Under the pieces are notes generated by a model. It was not told the origin of the DNA. It made no database searches and saw only the letters and a list, made by a program, of their open reading frames with translations. Of a stretch of 64,000 nucleotides of DNA, positions 29,477 to 39,332 are shown piece by piece. This stretch comes from an uncultured Eubacteriales bacterium (GTDB lineage Bacteria; Actinomycetota; Coriobacteriia; Anaerosomatales; CAVRZR01): assembly GCA_964354215.1 (NCBI GenBank), contig CAYGYT010000001.1:75199-139198 (forward strand). The letters are read 5' to 3'. The first letter of the stretch is position 1; each line of letters opens with the position of its first letter. Made by a program: the position numbers and the translations under genes.

Positions 29477-32400
29477 CTACCCGCCGAGCAGAGTCACGAT
29501 AACCTGGTGCGCGCCGGGTTCCTCGGAGAGCGGTACTACGGGTTCGGCCAGCACCACCCCGTCGAGTTCGACCCGGGCGACGCCGCGGTTCACCCCGCGC
29601 GGGTTCTCGACACGTATGTGATAGCGAGTCGCGCCCGAGCGGTACGTGATCTCGTAGGCGGGCCAGTCCTTCGGGATGCATGGGTCCATGACGAGGAACC
29701 GCGTTCCGTCCCGAGCCTCGATCCTCAGGCCGTACAGGTGGTTCAGGGCGACGCGGTAGAACCACGCGGCCGAGCCGGTGTACCAGGTCCAGCCACCTCG
29801 GCCGACGTGAGGCTCGGCAGCATAGACGTCCGCCGCGATCACGTAGGGCTCGACGACGTAGCGGGCAGCTGCTTCGGCGGTGAGCGCGTGCGAGATGGGG
29901 TTCACGAGGTCGAACAGCGAGACCGCTTCGTCTCCGTCACCCTTGAGCAGGTACGCGAGGATCAGCCACACGGCGGCGTGCGTGTACTGGCCGCCGTTCT
30001 CGCGAACGCCCGGGACGTAGCCCTTGATGTAGCCGGGGTCGTGCGACATGCGGTCGAACGGGGGCGTGAGCAGCGCGACCAGGCCAGCCTCTCGGCGGAC
30101 GAGCTTCTCTTCAACGGCATCTATCGCCGCGCGGGTCCGCTCTGGGTTGCCGAAGCCCGAGATGACCGCCCAGCTCTGCGCGATGGCGTCGATGCGGCAC
30201 TCTTCGCTCGTGTGCGAGCCGAGCGGCGTGCCGTCGTCGAAGTAGGCGCGGCGATACCATCCGCCGTCCCAGCCCTCCAGCTCGACTGCCTGGGCGAGTC
30301 CGGCAGACCAAGCCCGGTAGTGCTGGGCACGAGCCGTCTCGCCGATGAGGTCGCACACCGATGCGAATCGCGAAGCCACGTAGGCGAGGAACCAGCCGAG
30401 CCAGACACTCTCGCCGCGACCCTCGTGGCCGACGCGGTTCATGCCGTCGTTCCAGTCACCGCCCTCCATGAGCGGGAGCCCGTGCGATCCAATGCCGAAG
30501 CGGCCGAGCGCTACCATGCAGTGCTCGAACACGGTGGCGGCCTGCTCGCTCACCGCAGGCTGCAGGTAGAGGTCCTCCTGTTCGGGCGGTAGCTCCGGCC
30601 CTTCGATGTAGGCGGTCCGCTCGTCCAAGACACTGGTGTCCCCGGTGGCCGTCACGTATTCGGCCACTACGAGTGGCAGCCAGTGGCGGTCGTCGGAGAT
30701 GTGCGTGCGCACGCCACGCCCCGAGTGCGGCTGCCACCAGTGCAGCACGTCGCCCGCTTCGAACTGGTGTCGCGACGCCTCCACGATCTGCTCGCGCACG
30801 AGGTCGGGCCGCACGAGCAGTAGCGCGAGCACGTCTTGAAGCTGGTCTCGAAAGCCGAACGCTCCGCTCGACTGGTACGTCCCCGTGCGGCCCCAGATAC
30901 GGCACGCGAGCGCCTGGTAGAGTGCGTTGCCGTTCACCATGATGTCGAGTGCGGCGTCCGGCGATTGCACCTGCACGCTGCCGAGAAGGTCGGTCCAGAA
31001 GGCCCGCGCGTCGGCTAGTGCCTTGTCGATCGCACCGTGTTGTCGGAGGCGCGCCACCGCGTCACGGGATTCCTCGAGCGTCGCTGTCTGGCCGAGGAGG
31101 AACGACACTTCGGCGGACTCGCCGGGCGCGATATCGACCTTGGTCATGAGCGCGCCGCAGTTGTCGAGGAAGCGACCGCTCTGGGCACCCAGGCCTTTCC
31201 GGTACATAGCAGCGGGATCGCCGGGGCGGCCGTTGCGGCCAACGAACTCGGTGCGGCTCGCGGTATAGGAGTGCAGCTCGGCATCGCACGCGAGAAACGC
31301 GCTTCGACCGGGGAAGTCCAGGTTGAAGTGGTTGTGCGCGGTCAGGATGGTGCTTTCGGCGTCGAACCAGGTGACGACGAGCTGCTGGGCGCGGCTTCGC
31401 GAATCCCCGAGCACCCACTCGACGAACTGCGTGACCGAGAGATGACGCTCCCTGGCACCGGTGTTGGTGAGGCGGAGTCGGACGATGCGCACCGGTGCAT
31501 CTACGGCGACGAACCAGTCGATCTCCTGCGAAAGCCCGTGGCTCGCATGTTCGAAGCGCGTGACACCCTTGCCGTGTCGGATGACGTACGGCTCTTCGTC
31601 TCTGACGGGCAGCGGCGTGGGGCTCCAGAACTCGCCGGTCTCCTCGTCGCGGATGTAGAGCGCTTCGCCGCTGCCGTCGCTCACGGCGTCGTTGTTCCAC
31701 GTGGTGATGCGGTTCTCGTGGCTGTTGAGCGCCCAGGTGCAGCCGACTCCGGCCTCGGAGACGAGGCACCCGAACTCCGCTGTCGCCATCACATTGACCC
31801 AGGGAGCGGGTGTGGTTTCGTCACCCTCGAGGACGATGACGTAGTCGCCGGTTGCGGTGTCGAACCCGCCGAATCCGTTGTCGAGGGTGAGCGCCGGGCG
31901 CTGGAACGGACTGGTCGGCCACGGTTCCGCCGATCTCGTCGGAACGAGCTCTCCGGGAACCGCGGGACGCGCCGCCCGACGGCTGAGCTGCAGCTCGATG
32001 CTCCCGCCGTCGCCGTCGAGCGTTGCCCGGGCGACCGAGAGAAGCAGGTTCAGCACGTCGGGATGCATCTGATCCGCGCGCCTGAGGTAGATGCCGCCCG
32101 GCTTGTCCACCAGTTGCAGCGCGTGGCCGGTGCGCACGAGGAGGCGCAGGCGGTCGTCGAGCTCGTCGGCGTACCCGGTGGGACGCGTGTTGAGGATGAC
32201 GAGGTCGGAGACGAGCCCCTTGTGGCGCCAGTACTGGTGAGCGAGGATCGCCTGCCGCACAAGTGGCGCGTGTTCGAGCTCCTCGACGCGCACGAGCAGG
32301 ATCGGATTGTCGCCTGAGATCCCGATGGACCACAGTCCGGACATCTGCAGCCCGTTTTCCACAGGTGTCTTCACCTTGAGTCGTGAGTTGGGGTCGGTCA

Positions 32401-35400
32401 GCAGAAGGCGGGACGCGAGGCGCTCGAGCGTCACGGCTTCGTCGGGCGTGATGCCGAGGTCCCTGAGCTCGAGCTGGGTTGCCGTCCACGCGAGGTCGAT
32501 CGCCCGCTGCGCGCTGCGCGCATCGCGGTACTTCTCGACGAGCTGCGTCGCCGTCTCGCGGTCCTCGGCGGCGCCGGTCGTGAACACGAGTCGAGCGCTC
32601 TCGCCCGGGCCCACCTTCACGGTACGCCGCAAGCTGCACGACGGATCGAGGACAGCACCTACGCCACGCCCCAGCTCACCTCCACGGCTGACCGCAAGCG
32701 GATCGGCCACGCCACGAAGCCGTCCGAGGAACGACGCACGGTCGGTCTCGAACGACCACTCGCAGAGCTCGTTCTCGCAGGCGAGTGCGTGGAGGCCCCA
32801 CAGCCGCGCCTCGGATGACGAGCGTGGGCGGCGAGTGAACAAGAGCGCGTTCAAGTCGTCGAGGACCTCGGTTTCGACGAACAGGTTGGAGAACGACTTG
32901 TGCGCCTGATCGGATGCCTGCGAGGTGAACGCGATCTCGAGGTAGGACGTGACCTCGAGGGTACGGCCCTCACGGCCGTGGTTCGTGATGGTCAGGCGGC
33001 GCACCTCGACGTCGTCTTCGGGAGAGACCGCGACCTCCACGCGCGTCTCGAGATTGCCATCGGTGCGCCGGTACTCGGCCTTGTCCGGCGCGAACGTGAC
33101 GAAGTAGTTGTCCGCAGGCGTGGGGCAGGGCTGGTGCGTTGCCGAGAACACGTGGCCGCTCTCGGTGTCTCGGATGTAGAAGAACGTGCCCCAGCAGTCG
33201 CGCGTGACGTCCTCGCGGTAGCGAGTGATCGCCACGTTCTCGAAGCGGCTGTATCCGCCGCCACCGTTGGTGACCATGACCGAGTAGCGGCCGTTTGAGA
33301 GGAAGTGCGTCGAAGGCACCGGTGTGTCCGCGGTCGGGTACGAGCGGGCGACCGGGGGCGGCAGCTCGCGGAGCGAGCGTACGAAGCGAACCTCCTCGAC
33401 GTGCGGGCTCGTGAGCTGCACGTGCCGGGGGACGCGCTCCTGGAGCAGGAGCTCCGCTGAGACCACGAGCGGGTCAGCCCGGAAGCGGTGTCGCATCTTC
33501 TCGCCGGTGAGCTCGTTTCCGAGTGCCACGAAGCTCATGCCCTGGTGGTGGGCAAAGTACGCCTTCACGACGGCACGCGTCTCTCCGGCCGGGATTCGGC
33601 CCGGCGTGTAGTCGATGGCCTCGTAGAAACCCCACCGGCCCTCGCCGCCCTGACGCGTGATGGCCCCCAGGTTGTCGAGCACGGACTGCGCGTCGACGGG
33701 AAGGGCGAGGAGCGACGCGTACGGGGCAACTACCACGTCTTCGGAGAGCCCTCGCTTGAGGCCAAGCCCTGGAACGCCGAAGGCTTGGTACTGGTAGGTG
33801 AGGTCTGCGTCTTTCGCGTTGAAGGCCGACTCGGAGACTCCCCAGGGAACACCGCGGTCCTTGCCGTACTGGATCTGCCGGCGAACCACGGTGCCGTACG
33901 TCTCGTCGAGCAGGGTCCCGTCCCACGAGCGCATCACCAAGAGAGGCATAAGGTACTCGAACATCGACGCGCTCCACGACACGAGCGCGCGGCCGGTTCC
34001 CGTCTGCGTGATCAGGCGCCCAAGCCGGAACCAGTGTTCCTGCGGGGCGTCGCCCTTCGCGATCGCGAGGAAACTCGCAAGCCGGCACTCGCTCGCGAGC
34101 ATGTCGTAGTACGAGCCGTCGAGGTGACCCTCGGCGGTGTTGAATCCGATGCTGAAGAGCGAGCGGTGCTCGTCGAAGAGCACGGTGAAGTCGGTGTGCT
34201 CCCACATCTGGCGCGCGATGTCGGTGTCGATCCTCAGCCGCGAGAGCAGCTCGACGCACTGCGGCCTCGCTGAGCGAATCCCTGCCGCGACGGCGTCGGC
34301 CCATTCCCGCGCGGCTTGCGTGTCCGCATCCTCGGCGCTCCACGACTCGTGCGCTATGAGCTCGAGCGCCTCCAGCACCTCTCCGAGGCCCTCGGCGATA
34401 CCTACGAGGCTCGGCACGAAGCGCGTGAGCGGTTCGAGCGCTGCCAGTCGCGGGTGAGCGGACAGTGCGGGCGGCATCTCGGAAAGCAGGCCCGCCCACG
34501 GTGTGAGGGCATCTATCACCCCGCGGATCGAACCCACATCGTCGATGACGGTCCTGACTGAGGAGACCACCCGTGCTCGAGCGGTGGAGGGGAGGTCGAG
34601 ATCGACAGTGTCATCCGGCGCGTAGACCGACTGGTGGAACGGCCTCTCGGCAGAGGTAGCCGAGAACCCGAGTTCCACGGGCTCGACGGCATGCGCAAGG
34701 CGGTCCGCCATGCCCGAAAGCCGAAGGAGCAGGCCGTTCCACTCACCGAGGGTCTGCGGAGGCTCCTGAAGCTCGAGCTCCCGCTCGAGATCGTCCAAGA
34801 CGTCCATCAGCGGCTGTTGCGGAAGCGAGTTGAGTGAGGCGCGCTCCACCACGACGTCCTCAAGCGCGAGTCTGACGGCATCACGGAGACCCGCCACGAG
34901 CTGCCGGTCGAGGAGCGGGGCCTCCGAGGCCTCGAGCAGGCCCACGCGCAGCACGAGAAGGTGTCCCGCGAGGTTGCCGCTGTCCACAGTCGATATGTAG
35001 TTGGGGCGCAGCGGCTCGAGGCTCTGGATGTCGTACCAGTTGTAGAAGTGGCCATGGAAGCGCTCGAGGCCGGCCATCGAGCTCAGCGTCGACGAGACCC
35101 GCTCGACGAGCCCGTCGATGGTCACGTAGCCCAGATCGTAGGCGTTCAGGTAGGCGAGCAACTGCAGTCCGACGTTCGTGGGCGATGTTCTCCACGCGAC
35201 CTCGCCCTGGGGGTCCTCCTGGAAGTTGTCGGGGACCAGGTAGTGGCCTTCGTCGGTGACGAATGTGTCGAAGTAGCGCCACGTCTTGCGGGCGATCCGC
35301 CGAAGGAGCTGGTGTTGCGGCCCCGTGAGTGGCACGGGCTCGCGCACCTTTATGGGCTGGGAGATTCGCCAGGCGATGAGCGGCGCCAGCGCCCACGCGA

Positions 35401-38374
35401 GTGCGAGAGGAGCGGCGATCAACGCACGAACGGGAATTGGGATTGTCGCGACGGCGAGTAGGGCGACAGACGCGAGCGACGAAGGCCACATCCGATGCAC
35501 GAAACCGGCGCGTGTCGAACCCAGTCGCCGCGCCGCATCATCGGCGGTTTCCCACTCGAGCAGGTGTTTGCGCGAGACGAACGTGCGCCACATTGCGCGT
35601 GCGATCGCGTCCGCCGCTACCCACGAGCGGTAGGGCAGCACACTCAGCTCGAACAGCGAACGTGAGAGGTCTCGGCCGGTATCGCGCGCTATCGCGCGTA
35701 CCGACGAGCCGAGGTGGACCGAGCGCGGGCGCATGAGGATCGCGTCCACGAAGCCGAACACGACTGGGAAGAGCACGAAGAGCGTGGCGAAGAGTGGCCA
35801 CACGAGCGCGGGCGACCCGAGCGCGAGCCAGCCGAGGGTTGCCAGCAGCACGCTTGTCGGCGCGACGAGGCTCCGGCGTAGATTGTCGATGATCTTCCAG
35901 CGGTGCAGAGACGTAAGCGGGTTCGCCGTGAGCCGCCCCTGCGCGTCGCGTGCGCTCAGGAACAGCCACGGGACGGTCTGCCAGTCACCGCGTATCCAGC
36001 GGTGCACGCGCGAGAGATCGGCCGCGAAGCTCGCCGGGTAGTCGTCGAGCACCTCCACGTCCGTTGCGAGCGCAGTCCTCAGAAACGAGCCCTCGATCAA
36101 GTCGTGGGAGAGCATCGAGTCTTCAGGGAATCGCTCTTCGAGCACGCCGAGGAAGACGGCGAGTTCGAAGATGCCCTTCCCCGTGAAACTGCCCTCCCCG
36201 AACACGTCCTGGTAGGTATCAGAAGCAGCGCCGACGTACGGGTCCAAGCCAGTGGCTCCCGAGTACATCCAGGCGAAGCGGCTCTTGCGCGAGCCGGGCA
36301 GCGTCATGCTCACGCGCGGCTGGACGAGCCCGTAGCCGCCCTCCACGCGCAGCTCCCCGTGACGCCACTGAGCCCGGTTCATGGGGTGTGCGATCGTCGA
36401 GACGAGCTTGCGAGCGGCATCTCTCGGCAACTGCGTGTCTGCATCCAGCGTGACCACGAACGTGACGTCTCGCCGAAAACCGATCTCGCCCATCTTGTGC
36501 GTGAACGCGGAGCCGTCCTCGCCGTGAAGTGCTCGCGCAAGCTCGAGGAGCGCGCCTCGTTTGCGTTCCCAGCCCATCCAGAGGCCCTCGGACTCGTTGT
36601 AGGTGCGACCCCGGATGAACAGGTGGAACGGCCGTACGCCGTGCTCGACCTCGTAGCGGTCGTTGAGCTGGCTCACAGCGCGCACGGCCGCCTCGACGAT
36701 TTCGCCGTCGTCGGGACGCTCTGGCTCCGGCGCCCCCCGCAAGTCGCCGAGGAGCGCGTACGCGATGTTGGGATCGCGGTTGGCGAGGTATGAGATCTCA
36801 AGGTTGTCGACGACCGCCTGCGTCGAGGGCACCGAGGACAGCAGCGCCGGAACGACCACAAGCGTGCGGTTCGACTCCGCGACCGGGTGTGTGAAGTCCA
36901 GCTTGAGGAGCGAACGGGGCGGGTAGATGCCGGCGAGCGTACGGTTCGTGACCGTGAGCGCTACCTCGGAAAGCGGGAAGATCGCCAGAAGTGCGACGAT
37001 CGTCGTACCGAGAGCGGGGCCTCCCGTGAGCGCGACCCACCAGGTAGCGAGTCCGACGAGGAGTGCCGTCAGGCCGCCGAGCAGCGTCCCGTAGATCAGG
37101 CCGCGGTGGCGCAGAGGCCCGCGGTATGCCCATTCGCGCCGGGTGCGGCGATAACCGACGGTAGGCTCGAGCTCGTAGCGACCCGCGCTCACCAGGTAGT
37201 ACGCAACGTGTCCTCGGACGAGATCGCTCGGGTCACGTGCGAGTGCATCGCTCGCGAATCCGAGGACCGCCTCGACGAGTTCGGTCTCAGTGAATGAGCA
37301 GCGCCTCGCCATCTGCTCGATCGCGTGCCGGCATCGGTCCCGGCTCGCGAAGTCCATCCGCGGGTACACGCCGGCGGGATCCTCGCAAAGCGCCTGCTCG
37401 ACCACGCTCACCGTCTCGAAGAACGCCTTCCACTCGAAGGCGTCGAAGAACCGGATGGTCGTGATCGAGTTGGCGATTGACACCTGGTTGGCGGCTTGTT
37501 CCTGTTGCTGAGCGTGTACGTGTTCCTCGAGCACGATGCCGAGCGAGGATACCCTGCCTTGCAGCCAGGCATTTACGGGCTCGCCGCCGGCTTCCATGCC
37601 TCCGAGGCGCTGGGACAGGCGTCCGAAGAACGGTGGGGTCTGATCGACGGACGCCGTCTCGAGCTCCTGTATCAGGCCTGGCAGCTCCTCCGGAGCGTTC
37701 TGAACGGTAAGTAGGACGCGCTCTGCCCACTCGTCCGCGGAAAGCTCGGCCTCGTGCGACAGGACTACGCGGCGCGACAGCCGCCGCAGGTTCTCGACGA
37801 CCGCGATCCTGAGCATGATCGGGACGGCCCATAACTCGCCGATGGAGAGAGGAGAGACATCCTGGTACGCCTCGACGAAGCGCAGGAGGTAGGGCTCGTC
37901 GACGCGCGCGTCGGTGTGGACAAGCAGCTCAACCGCAGCCTCGAACACCCGTGGGTACCCTGCGTAGGGGCCGCTTGTCAGCCGGGGCAACTCGATTCCG
38001 TAGCGCGCCGGCAGATCTTCGCGCACGGCGAGGAGCTGCTCCTCGATCAGGTAGTAGTTGTCGAGCAGCCACTCGCTTGCCGGTGAGAGCGAGAGCTGCG
38101 CGCGTGTAGCCGCCGAGAGAACGATGTTGTCGTGTGCAAGACCCGCAGCGGCAGCGTCAGCGAGTGCGATGAGCGGTGTGGTGCGGATAGGTGGCTGCGT
38201 GACCGGTTCTTGGAGCGAGGCGAGCGCGCGCGCCTCGTCCGCCAGCCGGTCTGCGTTGAGCAGGTCGCCGCGGAAGGGAGCGTCATCTGTCATGACCTGG
38301 GGCGGCTCGACGGTCGCTCGCGGTCTGCGCTGCTCGGTTTCCCCCACCCGTTCCTCCAGTCGCGCACCGGGCAT
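29477..38374 (-). CDS. cyclic beta-1,2-glucan synthase-like giant multidomain protein (GT84 glycosyltransferase + (alpha/alpha)6 glucan-processing/cyclization-like region + GH94 phosphorylase-like C-terminus)
   Basis: Single uninterrupted frame. N-terminal ...FRGDLLNADRLADEARALA as in NdvB/ChvB-type proteins. TM segments. GT84-type motifs MGWERKRG and VTLDADTQLPRDAA. Central motifs SPTNVGLQLLA, STVDSGNLAGHL, WSASMFEYLMP and YQAFGVPGLGLKRG. GH94-type motifs RDQLQD, HWWQPHSGRGVRT, EGGDWNDGMN and GGQYTHAAVW. Start uncertain: ATG at 38374 or 38293. The track's extension to 38854 runs into the divergent gene and lower-GC DNA. Confidence 0.88.
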   Translation of the reverse strand: MPGARLEERVGETEQRRPRATVEPPQVMTDDAPFRGDLLNADRLADEARALASLQEPVTQPPIRTTPLIALADAAAAGLAHDNIVLSAATRAQLSLSPASEWLLDNYYLIEEQLLAVREDLPARYGIELPRLTSGPYAGYPRVFEAAVELLVHTDARVDEPYLLRFVEAYQDVSPLSIGELWAVPIMLRIAVVENLRRLSRRVVLSHEAELSADEWAERVLLTVQNAPEELPGLIQELETASVDQTPPFFGRLSQRLGGMEAGGEPVNAWLQGRVSSLGIVLEEHVHAQQQEQAANQVSIANSITTIRFFDAFEWKAFFETVSVVEQALCEDPAGVYPRMDFASRDRCRHAIEQMARRCSFTETELVEAVLGFASDALARDPSDLVRGHVAYYLVSAGRYELEPTVGYRRTRREWAYRGPLRHRGLIYGTLLGGLTALLVGLATWWVALTGGPALGTTIVALLAIFPLSEVALTVTNRTLAGIYPPRSLLKLDFTHPVAESNRTLVVVPALLSSVPSTQAVVDNLEISYLANRDPNIAYALLGDLRGAPEPERPDDGEIVEAAVRAVSQLNDRYEVEHGVRPFHLFIRGRTYNESEGLWMGWERKRGALLELARALHGEDGSAFTHKMGEIGFRRDVTFVVTLDADTQLPRDAARKLVSTIAHPMNRAQWRHGELRVEGGYGLVQPRVSMTLPGSRKSRFAWMYSGATGLDPYVGAASDTYQDVFGEGSFTGKGIFELAVFLGVLEERFPEDSMLSHDLIEGSFLRTALATDVEVLDDYPASFAADLSRVHRWIRGDWQTVPWLFLSARDAQGRLTANPLTSLHRWKIIDNLRRSLVAPTSVLLATLGWLALGSPALVWPLFATLFVLFPVVFGFVDAILMRPRSVHLGSSVRAIARDTGRDLSRSLFELSVLPYRSWVAADAIARAMWRTFVSRKHLLEWETADDAARRLGSTRAGFVHRMWPSSLASVALLAVATIPIPVRALIAAPLALAWALAPLIAWRISQPIKVREPVPLTGPQHQLLRRIARKTWRYFDTFVTDEGHYLVPDNFQEDPQGEVAWRTSPTNVGLQLLAYLNAYDLGYVTIDGLVERVSSTLSSMAGLERFHGHFYNWYDIQSLEPLRPNYISTVDSGNLAGHLLVLRVGLLEASEAPLLDRQLVAGLRDAVRLALEDVVVERASLNSLPQQPLMDVLDDLERELELQEPPQTLGEWNGLLLRLSGMADRLAHAVEPVELGFSATSAERPFHQSVYAPDDTVDLDLPSTARARVVSSVRTVIDDVGSIRGVIDALTPWAGLLSEMPPALSAHPRLAALEPLTRFVPSLVGIAEGLGEVLEALELIAHESWSAEDADTQAAREWADAVAAGIRSARPQCVELLSRLRIDTDIARQMWEHTDFTVLFDEHRSLFSIGFNTAEGHLDGSYYDMLASECRLASFLAIAKGDAPQEHWFRLGRLITQTGTGRALVSWSASMFEYLMPLLVMRSWDGTLLDETYGTVVRRQIQYGKDRGVPWGVSESAFNAKDADLTYQYQAFGVPGLGLKRGLSEDVVVAPYASLLALPVDAQSVLDNLGAITRQGGEGRWGFYEAIDYTPGRIPAGETRAVVKAYFAHHQGMSFVALGNELTGEKMRHRFRADPLVVSAELLLQERVPRHVQLTSPHVEEVRFVRSLRELPPPVARSYPTADTPVPSTHFLSNGRYSVMVTNGGGGYSRFENVAITRYREDVTRDCWGTFFYIRDTESGHVFSATHQPCPTPADNYFVTFAPDKAEYRRTDGNLETRVEVAVSPEDDVEVRRLTITNHGREGRTLEVTSYLEIAFTSQASDQAHKSFSNLFVETEVLDDLNALLFTRRPRSSSEARLWGLHALACENELCEWSFETDRASFLGRLRGVADPLAVSRGGELGRGVGAVLDPSCSLRRTVKVGPGESARLVFTTGAAEDRETATQLVEKYRDARSAQRAIDLAWTATQLELRDLGITPDEAVTLERLASRLLLTDPNSRLKVKTPVENGLQMSGLWSIGISGDNPILLVRVEELEHAPLVRQAILAHQYWRHKGLVSDLVILNTRPTGYADELDDRLRLLVRTGHALQLVDKPGGIYLRRADQMHPDVLNLLLSVARATLDGDGGSIELQLSRRAARPAVPGELVPTRSAEPWPTSPFQRPALTLDNGFGGFDTATGDYVIVLEGDETTPAPWVNVMATAEFGCLVSEAGVGCTWALNSHENRITTWNNDAVSDGSGEALYIRDEETGEFWSPTPLPVRDEEPYVIRHGKGVTRFEHASHGLSQEIDWFVAVDAPVRIVRLRLTNTGARERHLSVTQFVEWVLGDSRSRAQQLVVTWFDAESTILTAHNHFNLDFPGRSAFLACDAELHSYTASRTEFVGRNGRPGDPAAMYRKGLGAQSGRFLDNCGALMTKVDIAPGESAEVSFLLGQTATLEESRDAVARLRQHGAIDKALADARAFWTDLLGSVQVQSPDAALDIMVNGNALYQALACRIWGRTGTYQSSGAFGFRDQLQDVLALLLVRPDLVREQIVEASRHQFEAGDVLHWWQPHSGRGVRTHISDDRHWLPLVVAEYVTATGDTSVLDERTAYIEGPELPPEQEDLYLQPAVSEQAATVFEHCMVALGRFGIGSHGLPLMEGGDWNDGMNRVGHEGRGESVWLGWFLAYVASRFASVCDLIGETARAQHYRAWSAGLAQAVELEGWDGGWYRRAYFDDGTPLGSHTSEECRIDAIAQSWAVISGFGNPERTRAAIDAVEEKLVRREAGLVALLTPPFDRMSHDPGYIKGYVPGVRENGGQYTHAAVWLILAYLLKGDGDEAVSLFDLVNPISHALTAEAAARYVVEPYVIAADVYAAEPHVGRGGWTWYTGSAAWFYRVALNHLYGLRIEARDGTRFLVMDPCIPKDWPAYEITYRSGATRYHIRVENPRGVNRGVARVELDGVVLAEPVVPLSEEPGAHQVIVTLLGG

Positions 38375-38615
38375 GTCTCCGGCGCGTGCTCTCGCGGCTG
38401 CGTCGTGCGCGTTGGTTGGCGCCTTGCTACTTCCAAGGACAGGCACCGGTAGCGCATCTATAGTATCCCCCGAGCGTGCGTCGGCAGGAGAGCGAGTTTG
38501 CACGAGAAATACCCATGGGGGTATCATCGCGTAGGTGCACACGCGTTGTCGCACGCATGCGGCGTACATCGAGTACCTCGGACCGAGATCGCTTTGGCCC
38601 CGTGAGGAGTGTTTG

Positions 38616-39332
38616 ATGAAGAGCAAATGGATCGTGTGGGTGGCCGTGGCGGCCGTTCTCGTGGGCGTCGCGTATCTCGCGCTGAAACCCGCCTCGGTAG
38701 CCCAGGGCGTCGTGGACGTCGACAGCGGCAAGCTCGAAGAGCTGCTCGCGGCGTCCCCCTCGCCGAGGATCGTTGACGTCCGTACTCCCGGGGAGTTCCA
38801 GGCGGGGCACCTCAAGGACGCCGAGAACGTACCCGTCGACCAGGTCGAGTCCATTGCGCAGTCGTGGGACCGGTCTCAGCCGCTCGTCGTCTACTGCGCC
38901 ACTGGTGCACGGTCGGCGACGGCGGTTCAACAGTTGCAGAGCATGGGGTTCAAGACCATCTACCACTTCTCGCAGGGCCTCGTCGCCTGGCAGGGTGCGC
39001 TCGATACGGGTGATGAGGGGCCGGTCGCGCAGGCACCCGCCGTCAAGACCAACAGCAAGCCGGTGATGTATGAGTTCTTCACCGACTGGTGACCAAGCTG
39101 CAAGGAGATGAAGCCTGTGGTCGACAGGCTAGAGAAGGCGTACGAGGGCAAGGTGGAGTTCCGGCGGATCAACGTCGACACCGACAAGCAGGGCGCCGCA
39201 CTGATGCAGCAGTTCAATGCGCAGTACGTGCCGACGTTCGTGTTCATCAACGCCGACGGGTCGACGGCTGACCTAAAGGTGGGAGCGCTCAAGAAGGATC
39301 AGCTCGTGGCAGCGCTCGACAGACTCAAGTAG
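38616..39332 (+). CDS. membrane-anchored or secreted rhodanese-thioredoxin fusion, predicted selenoprotein (in-frame TGA at 39090-39092 read as Sec, giving W-U-P-S-C)
   Basis: ATG at 38616 with GAGGAG 7 nt upstream. N-terminal TM WIVWVAVAAVLVGVAYLAL. Rhodanese domain with active-site loop CATGARS. ORFs 38535..39092 and 39108..39332 are in the same frame. The read-through product aligns with the thioredoxin fold on both sides of the TGA (cis-Pro YVPTFVF, KVGALKKDQL). Confidence 0.7.
39112..39130 (+). promoter_or_regulatory. candidate bacterial SECIS hairpin for the TGA at 39090
   Basis: AGCCUGU-GGUCG-ACAGGCU: 7-bp stem and 5-nt G/U-containing loop. The loop starts 26 nt after the UGA. Confidence 0.5.

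Noticed and set aside
38375-38854. 5' extension of the giant glucan-synthase ORF (the track starts it at 38854).
   Set aside because: The extension overlaps the divergent rhodanese-Trx gene and crosses lower-GC, promoter-like DNA (38450..38530). Its translation (MDSTWSTGTFSASLRCPAWNSPG...) is not protein-like. The conserved N-terminal motif ...FRGDLLNADRL... begins just after the ATGs at 38374 and 38293.
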